In this document: positions 63,676 to 64,000 of the stretch, one piece after another
Position numbering within the stretch: the stretch's first letter is position 1
Layout of the letters: every line of letters starts with the position of its first letter
Assembly (NCBI GenBank): GCA_051294375.1
Contig: CM119266.1
Span: forward strand, 16,734,087 to 16,798,086
From: Paraspadella gotoi
Lineage: Eukaryota > Animalia > Chaetognatha
Length of the DNA stretch: 64,000 nucleotides
Direction: 5' to 3'
Program-made: the position numbers and the translations under genes
The notes under the pieces: generated by a model
Databases searched by the model: none
Seen by the model: the letters and a program-made list of their open reading frames with translations, nothing else
What the model was told of the DNA's origin: nothing

Positions 63676-64000
63676 TTGAAAACTAATAACAGTAAAGTAC
63701 TATTCAAGTAAATTATTTATTTACCGAATTTTACTACTAAATATTATTAAAACTAGAACTAACACTTTACCCAATCCTGGATCGGAATGTCCCAAAAAGT
63801 AAAAGATTCTAAGCACTGAAGTCTAAACTTAAATCTAGCTCTAAAGGCTCATTTTAACGTTCCTCAAGTGGCTAATTAAATCAATAATTTATTTCTCTCG
63901 TTTTTACTTCTTAAAGAAAATCAATAAACATGGAGTAAAAATTTTCGAGAACCAAAAGTCTACTATGCCGGTAAAGTTTAAAATTAATCACTTTGACCTT

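Overview
Eukaryotic, most likely invertebrate animal, genomic DNA: spliceosomal GT-AG introns, very dense (GA)n/(TC)n microsatellites, three N gaps and signs of indel errors. Most ORFs in the supplied track are microsatellite artefacts. Supported genes: (1) two tandem paralogous C2H2 zinc-finger genes (~18.4-22.6 kb, three exons, frameshifted 3' part; 23.7-26.3 kb, one intact ORF) built from an unusual 'finger-KKRWxC-finger-FxxWFE' module plus a shared C-terminal three-finger domain; (2) a two-exon neudesin (NENF) ending in KEEL; (3) a two-exon gene not shown whole in the ORF track, encoding a 153-aa signal peptide + three-finger Cys domain + TM protein with a TGF-beta type II receptor-like Cys box and no kinase (candidate decoy receptor); (4) a nine-exon SLC1A/EAAT glutamate transporter; (5) a large minus-strand, repeat-built, probably nuclear protein running off the right end. 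Non-coding structure: two tandem segmental duplications (~3.3 kb and ~1.27 kb, possibly uncollapsed haplotypes), a ~2.27 kb foldback-like element with long inverted termini, MITE-like inverted repeats, a DINE-1/HINE-like element and a hairpin-cored dispersed repeat. No rRNA, tRNA or CRISPR was seen. All calls were made by eye; no searches were run.
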